Below are positions 1 to 10,817 of a DNA stretch of 64,000 nt, piece by piece; position 1 is the stretch's first letter; every line of letters starts with the position of its first letter. This DNA comes from Obrimoposthia wandeli. Taxonomy: Eukaryota. Where the stretch lies: NCBI GenBank assembly GCA_977020255.1, contig CDROCS010002637.1, forward strand, positions 1 to 64,000, in the 5' to 3' direction. The notes below the pieces were generated by a model, which saw only the letters and a list, made by a program, of their open reading frames with translations, did no database searches and was not told where the DNA came from. A program made the position numbers and the translations under genes.

Positions 1-7
1 TTGAAGC

Positions 8-998
8 ATGTATTACATTATTATAACATTAGGTCAACCACTAGCGCCTGTCTTTGCCGGTTTGATTCTGGCTTTTTTGATGCAGGGTGGTGTGACTAAA
101 CTAAAAGCTAAAGGAGTGCCTCATCTAGCTGCTGTCAGCGTGGTATTCGTTGCGTTTCTTGGTGCGCTTTCGGCTTTATCCTTATTCGTTATTCCTCTAG
201 CATGGACGCAGTTGGCCAACCTATTTACTGAGTTGCCGCATGTTCCCAGTCAAGCAAGCGGGTTTGTTGGTGCTTCCAGAGCACTATCCAGGGATCGTTA
301 CTGAAGATCAAATTCGTCAAGTAATGGGGATGGCAACTCGTGAGTTGACCAGTTTAGGGCAATGGGTACTAACTTATTCGCTCAATTCATTAGGAAGTAT
401 TGTGGCGTTGCTGATTTACTTTGTATTGGTACCCATTTTGGTTTTCTTCTTTTTGAAAGATGGCCGAAAGTTGGTAGAAAACTGGACGGCTGTGTTGCCC
501 CAAAAAAGACAAATGATGTCACAAGTGTGGCACGAAATGGACCAGCAAATTGCTAACTATATTCGTGGGAAAGTTGTTGAAATATTTATCGTTGGTTTCG
601 TTACATACATTTGTTTTGTCTATCTTGGTATAAATTATGCGGCACTGTTGGGAATTATGGTTGGTTTGTCAGTCCTTATTCCTTATATAGGCGCGGCATT
701 AGTCACGCTACCTGTTGCCATTATTGGTTTCTTCCAATGGGGATGGGGAAATGAGTTTTTCTACCTGATGATGGTTTATGGTGTGATTCAAGCCTTGGAT
801 GGTAACGTTTTAGTCCCTTTATTATTCTCTGAAGCGGTCAACTTACATCCGATATCTATCATAGTCGCAGTCCTGATTTTTGGTACTCTATGGGGATTTT
901 GGGGTGTCTTTTTTGCGATTCCATTGGCAACGTTAGTCAAGGCAATTATTACGGCTTGGCCCAAGCCTGGTGAAGAATTTGAAGAGGCTGCCAAATAG
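8..998 (+). CDS. AI-2E family (PerM-like) transporter, split by a frameshift near 240-265; true 5' end probably upstream of the window
   Basis: ORFs 8..304 and 240..998 join into one multi-TM protein with AI-2E motifs (LAPVFAGLILAFL; LVPILVFFFLKD; IPYIGA; QALDGNVLVPLLFSEAVNLHP). Confidence 0.85.
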
Positions 999-1028
999 TT
1001 TTAATTGATCTGTTTATCATTAATACTT

Positions 1029-1054
1029 ACCGCACAGCACGTTTGCTGTGCGGT
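1029..1054 (+). terminator. Hairpin, probable intrinsic terminator after the AI-2E gene
   Basis: ACCGCACAGCA-cgtt-TGCTGTGCGGT, perfect 11-bp stem 30 nt after the stop codon. Confidence 0.65.
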
Positions 1055-1710
1055 CTATTTATAGCTCTTTCATTACCGCTGTTAGACTAACTTCTTTTTT
1101 ACATAACCCGTTTTCGAAGCACTCTTCTATTCAAATTCTTTGATCACTGCATTTAGATTTTTATCATAATTATCACACAGATATTTTGGTTCTTACCTAT
1201 ATGGTTATTAACCATGTATCTAGCTGCGATTGAATTAATAAGTAGCGCTACCTTTACTTAGATCATCGTCTATCATTAGTGGCAGGGTGGATATGTTATT
1301 TAACGTAGTGGTAAGGCATAAGCCATTTCGTTAAACGACACTATACCAATCGGAGGAAAAATAATTTCTTTTAGGCTTATCATTAGAAGAAAGGAGCAGG
1401 CTTTGTATGTTTTTAAAAGTGTTTCTTGAAGAATATAAATGAACACAAAAGTAAAATTTAATTTTAATGATGCTATATGAGGACATAAATTTAAGTGATT
1501 CTTGACGAATAACAAGAAGCATAAGAATAAGTCTAAAAATTTATATATGTGTTACAGCCAGTTGATTATTTACGTGTATTATTAAATTTAAATTATCATT
1601 ATTGAACCCTCTCATATGTTAACAAGGTAGTACATTGAAAGAAGTCTTTCTTAGTGAAAAATCAATCGTCCTAGAGTTGAGCAGCAGGCATATGCTTAAG
1701 GCGCTGCTAC

Positions 1711-2810
1711 ATGTATGATTTTTTACTCAATGACGATGATACCAGTGTGTCATCTAAAAGACCGGTTCAAGAATCATGGAATATTTTAATCGTCGATGAT
1801 GAGCCGGCTATTCATTCTGTCACATGTTTTGCATTAGAAGATGAGAGCTTCGAGGGTAAAAATTTCAACTTTATATCAGCTTATAGTGGAGAGCAGGCCA
1901 AAGAAATTTTGCCTAAGGCCGGCGATATTGCCAGTGATATTGAAGCGTCGCCAGGGACTGAGACATGGGCCTTGAGGTTGCTGCATGGATTCGACAAGAG
2001 TTAGGTAATAAGCTGATTCGGATTGTTTTACGTACCGGACAACCGGGCCAAGCACCTGAGAAAACAGTCATCCTCAATTATGATATTTATGATTATAAAA
2101 ACAAAACTGAGCTGACTGCGCAAAAGCTTTTCTCCTGTGTTATTTCCGGTTTACGTTCTTATCGGGATGTTTTAGCGCTGGCCAATCACAGCATTGGAAT
2201 TAAAAAAGTATTGAGCGCCTCTGCAGACCTTTTTAAAAACCGCTATATTGCTGAGTTTGCAACAGGGGTATTACAACAAATAGTCTCTCTTCTCTATTTT
2301 GATGCTGACGCTGCTCTAATTACTGGATGTTTAAAAGGTAGTGAAGTGAAGGAGCCAATAGTGATTGCTGCTATCGGAAAATACGCTTTTGCTAAAGGTA
2401 AGGAAGCAGAATTAGTGCTCTCTCGGGAGACTGTGCAAGAATGGTTTTTGAGTGATAAAACCATTCAATGCGATAGAGAGAAAAAGCGGATTCTCGTTGC
2501 TTGTCAGGGAAAAGATAATCATAAGTCATTACTTTGTTTACAGTATCAGCGCTCACTTGCAGAAGATGATGTCGAATTACTAGGATTATTTGTACAAAAT
2601 GTTTCTATTGCTCAAGAGCGAATGCGCTTTTGGCAGGAAACTGAAGAAACCCTCAATGAGATAATTGAATTATTGAGCATGACTTCTGCCAGCTTTGCCG
2701 CCAATGGTAATCAGCATTTTACCGGCGTGACAAAAGTTGCGATGTTGCTAGCCCGTAAACACGGGCTCGTTCTCAGGAAAAAACACGCAAACGATGTCTC
2801 TAATATCTGA
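1711..2810 (+). pseudogene. Response regulator REC + DUF3369, frameshifted near 1925-1965 and truncated at the start of an HD-GYP domain
   Basis: ILIVDDEPAIH REC start; RIVLRTGQPGQAPE and YDIYDYKNKTELTAQKL; GLRSYRD..GIKKVLSASADLF typical of DUF3369; ends shortly after ETLNEIIELL..HFTGV without HD or GYP motifs. Confidence 0.65.
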
Positions 2811-2888
2811 ATCAATCATCTAACTTTCTTTTCCTGTCATTAACTCTGCTATCCCTTATAATACAGCGCTTTTAATAGGGAGGGGAGT

Positions 2889-3590
2889 ATGAATAAGGGG
2901 TTGGTCACTAATATTTTAGCTTGCATTGTCGTGCTTATTGCAGAAATGGTTGATAGCGAATTGCTTTTTTCAATAGGCGTATTTGCGCTCTCTGGTGCGG
3001 TAACTAACTGGATAGCCATCCATATGCTGTTTGAAAAGGTTCCAGGTCTCTATGGCTCTGGCGTCATCCCTGCTCGATTTGAAGAGTTTAAGCAGGCGAT
3101 TAGATTGATTATCATGCAGCAGTTTTTTACCGAACAGAATATAGATCGGTTTTTTAACTCTGCCGGAGCCACTACCGATATAAACCTACAGCCAGTCATT
3201 GAAAAAGTAGATTTGGAGCCGACGTTTGATGGGCTGATAAAAGTTATTCAAGCGTCCTCCTTTGGTAGTATGTTAGAAATGGTGGGTGGAGTGGCGGCGT
3301 TAGAGCCTATGCGGGCTCCTTTTATCGCGGAGATAAGACGCTCGGTAACAGAGTTGAGTGCTAGTGAGAGCTTTAAACAGTTATTAGCGCAAGAGTTTCA
3401 ACATTCTACTAATGCATCGTTGCTAATTGAGAAAATAGAAACGATTGTACAACAACGGTTAGAAGAGCTGACACCTGCGATTGTTAAGGATATTGTACAG
3501 AGTATGATACGAAAGCACTTGGGCTGGCTGGTTGTTTGGGGTGGAGTGTTTGGTGGTTTAATTGGTGCATTGGTTTCTCTTTGGAATTAA
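2889..3590 (+). CDS. DUF445 family membrane protein
   Basis: GAVTNWIAIHMLFEKVPGLYGSGVIP and KHLGWLVVWGGVFGGLIG motifs. Confidence 0.85.
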   Translation: MNKGLVTNILACIVVLIAEMVDSELLFSIGVFALSGAVTNWIAIHMLFEKVPGLYGSGVIPARFEEFKQAIRLIIMQQFFTEQNIDRFFNSAGATTDINLQPVIEKVDLEPTFDGLIKVIQASSFGSMLEMVGGVAALEPMRAPFIAEIRRSVTELSASESFKQLLAQEFQHSTNASLLIEKIETIVQQRLEELTPAIVKDIVQSMIRKHLGWLVVWGGVFGGLIGALVSLWN

Positions 3591-3652
3591 TGACCTTATA
3601 TTAACATTAATGAGTTATGAGGAGTGGTTAGTTGCTCTCATAGCTTTGTAGG

Positions 3653-4492
3653 ATGGAAAGTAAAGTGATAGAAATTGGTAAAATTAACCAGCTTAAAGTA
3701 ATGCGCGAGGCTGATTTTGGGCTTTACCTTGACGGCGAAGAATACGGTAGCATTTTGTTACCCAAAGCCGAAGTGCCTGCTAATAGTAGTGTCGGGGATG
3801 TACTAGAAGTTTTTGTTTATCTAGATTCCGATGATTACGTTGTTGCCAGTACAGCTAAGCCTCTTATTAAAGTTGGAGAGTTTGCAACGCTAACAGTGGC
3901 GCAGGTCAATGATACCGGCGCGTTTCTAGAATGGGGATTGTCTAAGCAATTGTTTGTCCCCTATGCAGAGCAACGTAAGACGTTGGAAGAGGGCCAGCGA
4001 ATCACGGTGTGTGCTTATTTGGATAATACCAATCGTATTGCCGCTTCGACTAAGCTCGATAAATTTTTGGCAAAGGACCATGACGGTTTGAAGCAGGGGC
4101 AAGAAGTTGACCTATTTATCGTGCGCAAGAATGATTTAGGTTTCAGTGTGATTGTCGAGCAGCGTTATTGGGCTGTTTTGCATTCCGCAGATGTATTCAA
4201 AACAGTGAGGCCAGGTCATCGTCGTAAAGGGTTCATCAAACGCTTATTGGACGAAGGTAAAATCGACGTTATGCTGGAAAAGCCAGGCTACGCTAAAGTA
4301 GACGCGCTTTCACAACAGATCCTTGATGATTTGATGAGTAGAGGAGGTGTAAGTTCGCTAGGGGATAAAAGTCCTCCTGAAGAAATATATCAGCGCTTTG
4401 GTATCAGCAAAAAATCTTATAAGATGGCGTTGGGTACGTTACGTAAGTTAGGGAAAATTGATATTAACGGCGATGGAATTTCACTGCGTTAA
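3653..4492 (+). CDS. cvfB: CvfB/YitL family S1 RNA-binding protein
   Basis: [62 protein letters not shown]. Confidence 0.9.
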   Translation: MESKVIEIGKINQLKVMREADFGLYLDGEEYGSILLPKAEVPANSSVGDVLEVFVYLDSDDYVVASTAKPLIKVGEFATLTVAQVNDTGAFLEWGLSKQLFVPYAEQRKTLEEGQRITVCAYLDNTNRIAASTKLDKFLAKDHDGLKQGQEVDLFIVRKNDLGFSVIVEQRYWAVLHSADVFKTVRPGHRRKGFIKRLLDEGKIDVMLEKPGYAKVDALSQQILDDLMSRGGVSSLGDKSPPEEIYQRFGISKKSYKMALGTLRKLGKIDINGDGISLR

Positions 4493-5102
4493 CAGTTTTA
4501 CTTCCCCCTTTATGGGCCAGTGGTTTTTTTCTCTGTGGTTTCGCGATGCTTTTGGTGGATAATTCTATGACTGCCTCGCGGCTCTCCCCCGGAGCTAAGT
4601 TGTCTAAGGTCCAATCGCCGATAGCATAGCGTATCAGGCGTAGTGTCGGAAAGCCTACAGCTGCCGTCATGCGCCTTACTTGTCGATTTTTACCTTCTTT
4701 TATTTTCAATTCGACCCATGAAGTGGGCTTGTTTTTCCGCTCTCTTATCGGTGGGTTTCTAAGCCATATATCGGGCTCAGTCATTAACTTCGCCTTTGCC
4801 GGTTTGGTTTTACCATCCTTTAGTTCAACACCATTGATTAGTGATGTCAGCGCTTGTTGATCTACTTCGCCTTCAACTTGAACCCAATAAGTCTTCTCTA
4901 GTTTGAAGGCTGGATTAGCAAGTTGATGCTGGGTTTGGCCATCATCAGTGAGTATAAGTAATCCCTCTGAATCGTAATCTAATCTTCCAGCAGGGTAAAA
5001 ACCTTTTTTAGAGACAAATTCTTTTAAGGTGGTGCGCTCGCCATCATCAGTAAACTGACTGAGCACCTGGAAGGGTTTGTTAAGTAGTATTAAATTGGCC
5101 AA
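4464..5102 (-). CDS. rluE: 23S rRNA pseudouridine synthase RluE (start probably TTG at 5102; ORF track starts 5138)
   Basis: [16 protein letters not shown], catalytic [38 protein letters not shown]. Confidence 0.88.
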   Translation of the reverse strand: MANLILLNKPFQVLSQFTDDGERTTLKEFVSKKGFYPAGRLDYDSEGLLILTDDGQTQHQLANPAFKLEKTYWVQVEGEVDQQALTSLINGVELKDGKTKPAKAKLMTEPDIWLRNPPIRERKNKPTSWVELKIKEGKNRQVRRMTAAVGFPTLRLIRYAIGDWTLDNLAPGESREAVIELSTKSIAKPQRKKPLAHKGGSKTVNAVKFHRR

Positions 5103-5253
5103 AAAGCTCTCACGGAATAAGTAATTAAAATCGAGCATTATACGGGGTGCAAGCTAAGTGCGATAGTGTTGGAGGTCACTTGGACGGTTAAGCAGGTGTA
5201 AACGCGCGTGATGACACAGAGTGTTGCTGATTGTGAAATGAGTATTTGAGTGA

Positions 5254-5312
5254 TTACATGAGAGGCTAGTTGTCATTGGTTGTAAAATATACAACTAGTC
5301 TCTCTCATGTAA
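5254..5312. repeat. Long inverted repeat downstream of acnB (terminator-like hairpin)
   Basis: TTACATGAGAG-GCTAGTTGT (5254-5273) versus ACAACTAGTCTCTCTCATGTAA (5291-5312): about 20-bp stem with a 2-nt bulge and 17-nt loop. Confidence 0.7.
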
Positions 5313-5330
5313 GCTAATACAAAAAATATA

Positions 5331-8145
5331 TTAGCTAGGGTTCATCATCTTAACAGGTACGCTAGTGACTAGCGCTTCTAATGGAGGAGCGAAATCCGTC
5401 AAGTTGATACCTTCAACTGCTTTTTTATATTCATCCAAACTTGGTGTACGCCCAAGGATAGTTGACAAAACAACGACAGGTGTCGAGGCAAGCAGGGATT
5501 CGCCTTTCTTTTCAGCGGTATCTTCTACTACGCGGCCTTGAAATAAGCGCGTTGAAGTTGCTAGTACCGTATCGCCTTTTTCAGCTTTCTCTTGGTTACC
5601 CATGCATAAGTTACAACCAGGGCGCTCAAGGTACATTATGTTTTCGTATTTGGTACGTGCTGCATTTTTAGGCACAGCATCATCAAATTCGAATCCTGAG
5701 TACTTCTTAAGAACTTCCCAGTCACCTTCAGCTTTTAGCTCATCAACAATGTTGTATGTTGGTGGCGCTATGACTAAGGGAGCTTTAAACTCAACTTTGC
5801 CGTATTCTTTCTCAATGTTTCTTAACATTTGAGAAATAATTTTCATATCACCTTTGTGGACCATGCATGAGCCAACAAAGCCTAGATCAACTTGCTTACT
5901 GCCGTTGTAATATGAAATAGGTCTGATGGCATCATGTGTATAACGCTTTGAAACGTCTTCATTGTTAACGTCAGGATCCGCGATCATTGGTGCATCAATT
6001 GTATCTAGGTCTACCACTAATTCTGCGAAGTATTTTGCATTTTCGTCGGGTCTTAATGCAGGCTTCTCAGCAGATTTAATATCAGAAATACGCTTATCAG
6101 CTTTATCAATTAGACCCTGAAGAACTTGAGCTTGGTTGTCCATGCCTTTGTTAATCATGATTTGGATGCGGCTTTTAGCAATTTCTAATGATTCAATTAA
6201 AGTTTCATCTTCAGAAATACAGATAGAGGCTTTCGCCTTCATTTCTGCTGTCCAATCGGTAAAGGTGAAGGCTTGGTCGGCAAGCAAGGTGCCGATATGC
6301 ACTTCAATGACTCTACCTTGGAAAACGTTATCGCCAAACTTCTTGAGCATCTGGGCCTGTGTTGCATGTACTACATCACGGAAGTCAATATGGCTCTTCA
6401 TGCTTCCTTTGAAAGTCACTTTTACAGACTCAGGAATTGGCATGTTGGCTTCACCTGTCGCAAGTGCAAGGGCAACTGTTCCAGAGTCAGCGCCAAATGC
6501 CACGCCTTTAGACATTCTAGTGTGAGAGTCGCCACCAATAATAATCGCCCATTCATCAATGGTAATGTCATTCAATACTTTGTGAATAACATCTGTCATT
6601 GGGTAATAAACGCCTTTTGGATCACGGGCTGTAATAAGACCAAACTTATTCATGAAGCTCATAAGTCTAGGAATGTTCGCCTGTGATTTACTATCCCATA
6701 CCGATGCCGTATGACAACCGGATTGATAAGCACCGTCTACAATAGGAGAGATAACCGTTGCGGCCATTGACTCTAGTTCTTGAGAAGTCATTAAACCGGT
6801 AGTATCTTGAGAGCCAACAATGTTCACTGTGACACGTACATCAGATCCAGCGTGAAGGTCTGTCTCAGAGGCAACACCGACTGCGTTTTTATTGAATATT
6901 TTTTCAACCGCAGTAAGGCCTTGGTCTTTATACGAAATTTCTTTAGAAGAAGCGTAGACAGGCTCTATATCTATACCAAGTACTTTGGATGCAAATGTTT
7001 GTAACTTTTTGCCAAATACAATTGCGTATGAACCGCCAGCTTTCATGAACTCTACTGATTGAGGAGTGAAAGCAGAAGATATATCAGCCAGTTCTTTGTC
7101 GGCGTTATATAGCTTTTTCTCTTTAGTGTTAATGGTCAGTACGGTGCCAGTATCCACAGAGTAGGTTTTCTTCTCAAGAATAGTCTGCCATTTCAAGTTA
7201 AGAACAGCTTCTTAAGCATTAGCATCAAGCTTTTTCCTTTTTAACCCACCCTTAAGATCTAAAACTATCACTGCCAGTCACACCCACGGTGGTTAAAAAG
7301 ATAGGTGAAATACCGTTAGTTCCCGCAACAATCGGGGCGAAGTTCACAAAAGGAATATAAGGGCTTGCTTGATCTCCAGCCCATAAAGCAACGTTGTTAA
7401 TGCCTGACATACGAGAGGAGCCAACACCCATTGTGCCTTTTTCAGCGATTAACATCACTTTTTTGCCAGGGTATTGTTTTTGCAGATCTTGAATTTCAGC
7501 TTGTGCTGCTTCTGATATCAAACACTTACCGTGTAATTCACGATCTGAGCGGGAATGAGCCTGATTGCCAGGGGATAGAAGATCGGTAGAAATATCACCT
7601 TCAGCAGCGATATAGGTGACGACATCGATCGTTTCTTTTATTTCAGGAAGCGTGGTAAAAAAATCGGCTCTTGCATAGCTTTCAAGAATATCTTTGGCAT
7701 TACTATTGCCTTCTTTAAAGGCTTTTTCCATTCGATCTGTATCTGAGTCGTACAAAAACACTTGAGTTTTTAGTACATCCGCTGCAGGTTTAGACACTGC
7801 ATTATTATCAGAAAGCGCGAGGTCAAGTAGGACTTCTATCGAGGGTCCGCCTTTCATGTGGGATAGTTGTTCAAAAGCAAAGCTGGACGAGATTTCTGCT
7901 ACGACAGACTCCGCTAAAATGATTTCTTTTAAGAATTGAGTTTTTACGCTGGCAGCGCTAGTTGTTCCAGGCAAAGTGTTATAGATAAAGAAATCAAGAG
8001 AATCCTTTCGGTGCTCATGGTTTACATCTTTAATTTGAGCAATAATTTCCGATAGTAATTCGGCGCCGTCAATTGGCTTAGGCGCTAATCCTAGCTCATT
8101 TTTACGGGTTTCAATTTCTTTTATGTATTCTAAATACAAACTCAT
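5331..8145 (-). CDS. acnB: Bifunctional aconitate hydratase 2 / 2-methylisocitrate dehydratase, interrupted by indels at about 7195-7275
   Basis: ORFs 7252..8151 and 5331..7196 are the N- and C-parts; GDSHTRMSKG, GSCMVH and PGCNLCMG [4Fe-4S] cysteines are intact; GAGG RBS before ATG 8145. Confidence 0.9.
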
Positions 8146-8347
8146 ACACACCTCTTGTTGGCTAATACATTGTTCTTATTTGGGAGAGTTAAGACAGTCG
8201 TCTAAAGTTCGCCCATTATGAATGGCTTTTGTCGATAGTATTATGCAACAGATCATTGCGACTAGTCTGTTGATAATCTCCGAAGAGTGTTTGCAGGCTG
8301 ATATAAAGCCCATAAACAGAGTAAGTTATTTTAACGCACTAACTTCG

Positions 8348-8361
8348 GATTGTCGACAATC
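8348..8361. promoter_or_regulatory. Perfect 14-bp palindrome GATTGTCGACAATC; candidate GntR/FadR-family (PrpR-type) operator
   Basis: Perfect dyad about 200 nt upstream of the acnB start; the core ATTGTCGACAAT matches the motif I recall for GntR-family PrpR (not verified against a database). Confidence 0.55.
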
Positions 8362-8473
8362 TTGATTTGATTACACAAAACAACATTTATTTTTTGGATT
8401 TTAACTAGATAAAACGAAAGGTTTTCAAGCTTTTCGCGAATAGTTCTTGTTTGGTGAGAATTATGAGGGATAA

Positions 8474-8499
8474 AAAAGCCGACACAGTGGTCGGCTTTT
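8474..8499 (-). terminator. Intrinsic terminator of the ompA-like gene
   Basis: AAAAGCCGAC-acagtg-GTCGGCTTTT with A/T tracts on both sides, 15 nt past the stop. Confidence 0.8.
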
Positions 8500-8514
8500 A
8501 TAGGTAAATTCTGA

Positions 8515-9381
8515 TTAACTTTCCACTTGGATTTCTACACGACGGTTTTCACTGCGTCCCTCTTCTGTGCTATTACTCGCAACAGGATCGCTTTCGCCAA
8601 ATCCTTGTGCGCTAATGTTTGCCTGCTCTACGCCTTGTGACACAAGATAATCCTTAACTGCGTTAGCTCGTTCATCGGAGAGGTTTACATTATAAGCTTT
8701 ACTGCCTACTGAATCGGTGTAACCAGCGAGTAAAACAGGGATGTCCGCATTTATCAGTTTACGGGCAACATCGTTCAGCAGAAATTTTGAATCAGCGGTT
8801 AGATTGACTGATTTGTATTCGAAGAGAACGCCTTCTAAGTTAATAGCTGTATTTACATCACAGCCGAGGGCATTTACTTCAGTGCCAAAATCAGTGTCAG
8901 GGCATTGATCGGCATCATCGAAAACGCCATCGTTATCCTGATCGTTTATGATTTCGCAGCCTGTTTCATCAACTTCAGTTCCCGCAGGTGTGTCAGGGCA
9001 TTGATCAATAGCATTGGCAACGCCATCACCATCGGTATCACTACCACAACCTTTTTCGTCGACCTCGGTTCCAGGTAACGTATAAAGGCATTGATCTAAT
9101 TCATCGACCACGCCATCGCGATCGCCGTCTAGTACTGCATCAGGGGCACAAGCTACAGCGCCTATACCAGCGCCGACCAGTGCGCCAATGCCTTGGGCCG
9201 TGCCGTCACTGCTGTCGTTCGCTTGAGAGCCAATAGCGATACCAGCCAACGAGCCCGCTGCTACACAAAGCACACGCTTTGTATCCCATTGTTGTTTTTC
9301 AGGGGTACTGATGCAGCCGCTTATTGCGAGTGAAAGTGCGCATACGCTGGCTGTACGTTTTATTATTTGATATTTAGTCAT
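8515..9381 (-). CDS. OmpA-family lipoprotein with glycine zipper and three TSP3-like Ca-binding repeats
   Basis: Lipobox-like ISGC; GAL/GAGIGA zipper; three DxDxDGVxxxxDQC repeats; OmpA C-domain GYTDSVG..NLSDERANAV..ENRRVEI. Confidence 0.88.
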   Translation of the reverse strand: MTKYQIIKRTASVCALSLAISGCISTPEKQQWDTKRVLCVAAGSLAGIAIGSQANDSSDGTAQGIGALVGAGIGAVACAPDAVLDGDRDGVVDELDQCLYTLPGTEVDEKGCGSDTDGDGVANAIDQCPDTPAGTEVDETGCEIINDQDNDGVFDDADQCPDTDFGTEVNALGCDVNTAINLEGVLFEYKSVNLTADSKFLLNDVARKLINADIPVLLAGYTDSVGSKAYNVNLSDERANAVKDYLVSQGVEQANISAQGFGESDPVASNSTEEGRSENRRVEIQVES

Positions 9382-9801
9382 TGCTAAAGCATCCCTTTAT
9401 TATTCATTATATTCGCTGTTGTCCATGGCAAGCCCTAGCATTAATCTTTTCAAGAAAAGTAGAGCAAAAACGAGATGATGTTATACCGCTTTTACTGCGC
9501 GCCTTGGCTTATCTATCGTAATAATGGCCTAGGATACCCCATTTACTAGTAAATATTTATTTTAAATTAACGTTCATAGAGATTATCGAATTTTTTATCT
9601 CAAATAGTGATTTACTCACCGCTATGGATATTAAAAATAGGACAGAGAATGTTACGATTAACATTGACCAGAAAACCCGATTAGCTGAGAATTTATTTTA
9701 CTTTTACAGCGGTTTTTTACGTAATGGCTTTGTCAGAATTAATTTTGAGATGTTATTATACGCAGCTATTTTAAACCTTATAATTGTGATCAGAGAAGAA
9801 A

Positions 9802-10497
9802 TTGTCAAATCAAACAAGTACCTTGAATTTTCCCATACTGGATGACAATGACCTCTTCATAGTCGTTGTTAAACCCGCTAACCTCAGTGTTCATTGCGAT
9901 CAGAATATCACGGGGTTTTGTGCATTGTTAATTCAGCAATTAGGTTACCCGCTCTATGTGGTTCACCGGCTAGATAAGATGACATCAGGTGTCATGGTTT
10001 TCGCTAAAGAAAAACAAGGTGCGTCTATTTTCGGAAATTTATTTGCCACAAGACAAGTTTCTAAATTCTACCTTGCGCTGAGTGATAAAAAACCGAAGAA
10101 GAAGCAGGGTTGTATTAAAGGAGACATGCAAAAGTCTCGTCGAGGGATGTGGCGATTGGCAACAAGTTTTGACAATCCAGCAGTTACTCAGTTTTACAGC
10201 GCGGCGTTAGGTGATAAAAAGCGTATTTTTTTACTTAAACCGCACACCGGAAAAACACATCAATTACGGGTAGCGCTTAAAAGTATTGGCGCGCCAATTA
10301 TAGGCGATCCACTCTATGGTAGTAGCGCGAGTGACCGGGGTTATTTACATGCCTGGCAGCTAGGTTTTACTATAGATGGACAAGAGTTTAATTATCGACA
10401 CGATCCGGATGAGGGAGCGTTGTTTGTATCCGAATCTATACAGTCACCTCTAGAAAGCTGGGCGGCTGCAGCTGATTTACCCTGGCCTAAAGGCTGA
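9802..10497 (+). CDS. RluA-family pseudouridine synthase (TIGR01621-like)
   Basis: VVKPANLSVH, catalytic VHRLDKMTSG, TGKTHQLRVALKSIGAPIIGDPLY. Confidence 0.88.
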   Translation: MSNQTSTLNFPILDDNDLFIVVVKPANLSVHCDQNITGFCALLIQQLGYPLYVVHRLDKMTSGVMVFAKEKQGASIFGNLFATRQVSKFYLALSDKKPKKKQGCIKGDMQKSRRGMWRLATSFDNPAVTQFYSAALGDKKRIFLLKPHTGKTHQLRVALKSIGAPIIGDPLYGSSASDRGYLHAWQLGFTIDGQEFNYRHDPDEGALFVSESIQSPLESWAAAADLPWPKG

Positions 10498-10567
10498 GTG
10501 TACTTTTTACACCATATTAGTCGGCTTTTATTATGTGCTGACGACCAACCATTTTTAAGGAGTTAGC

Positions 10568-10792
10568 GTGAGCGAACCAACTGATCAAAAAATAGAGCGT
10601 GATTTTAATGAAAGAACAGCTGAAGATCGTCAGGATTTTATCAGTAATACTTGGTGTGACACTTGCCAAAAAGAAAACTTGGGTATGCACTCTCCCTGCG
10701 AATATGAACTGGAAGGCGTCATTTATATCGAAGGGAAGTGCAGTCAGTGTGACGATCTTGTGATTACAGAATTAACAGGAGATGATTTTTAA
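10568..10792 (+). CDS. Small acidic hypothetical protein with two CxxC motifs
   Basis: WCDTCQ..GKCSQCD; AAGGAG RBS before GTG start. Confidence 0.75.
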   Translation: MSEPTDQKIERDFNERTAEDRQDFISNTWCDTCQKENLGMHSPCEYELEGVIYIEGKCSQCDDLVITELTGDDF

Positions 10793-10817
10793 GTGACTTT
10801 TGAAGAAAGGGTTGCCA

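Noticed and set aside
9624-9845. 73-aa ORF before the RluA-family gene
   Set aside because: AT-rich promoter-like DNA overlapping the next gene's start; no motifs.
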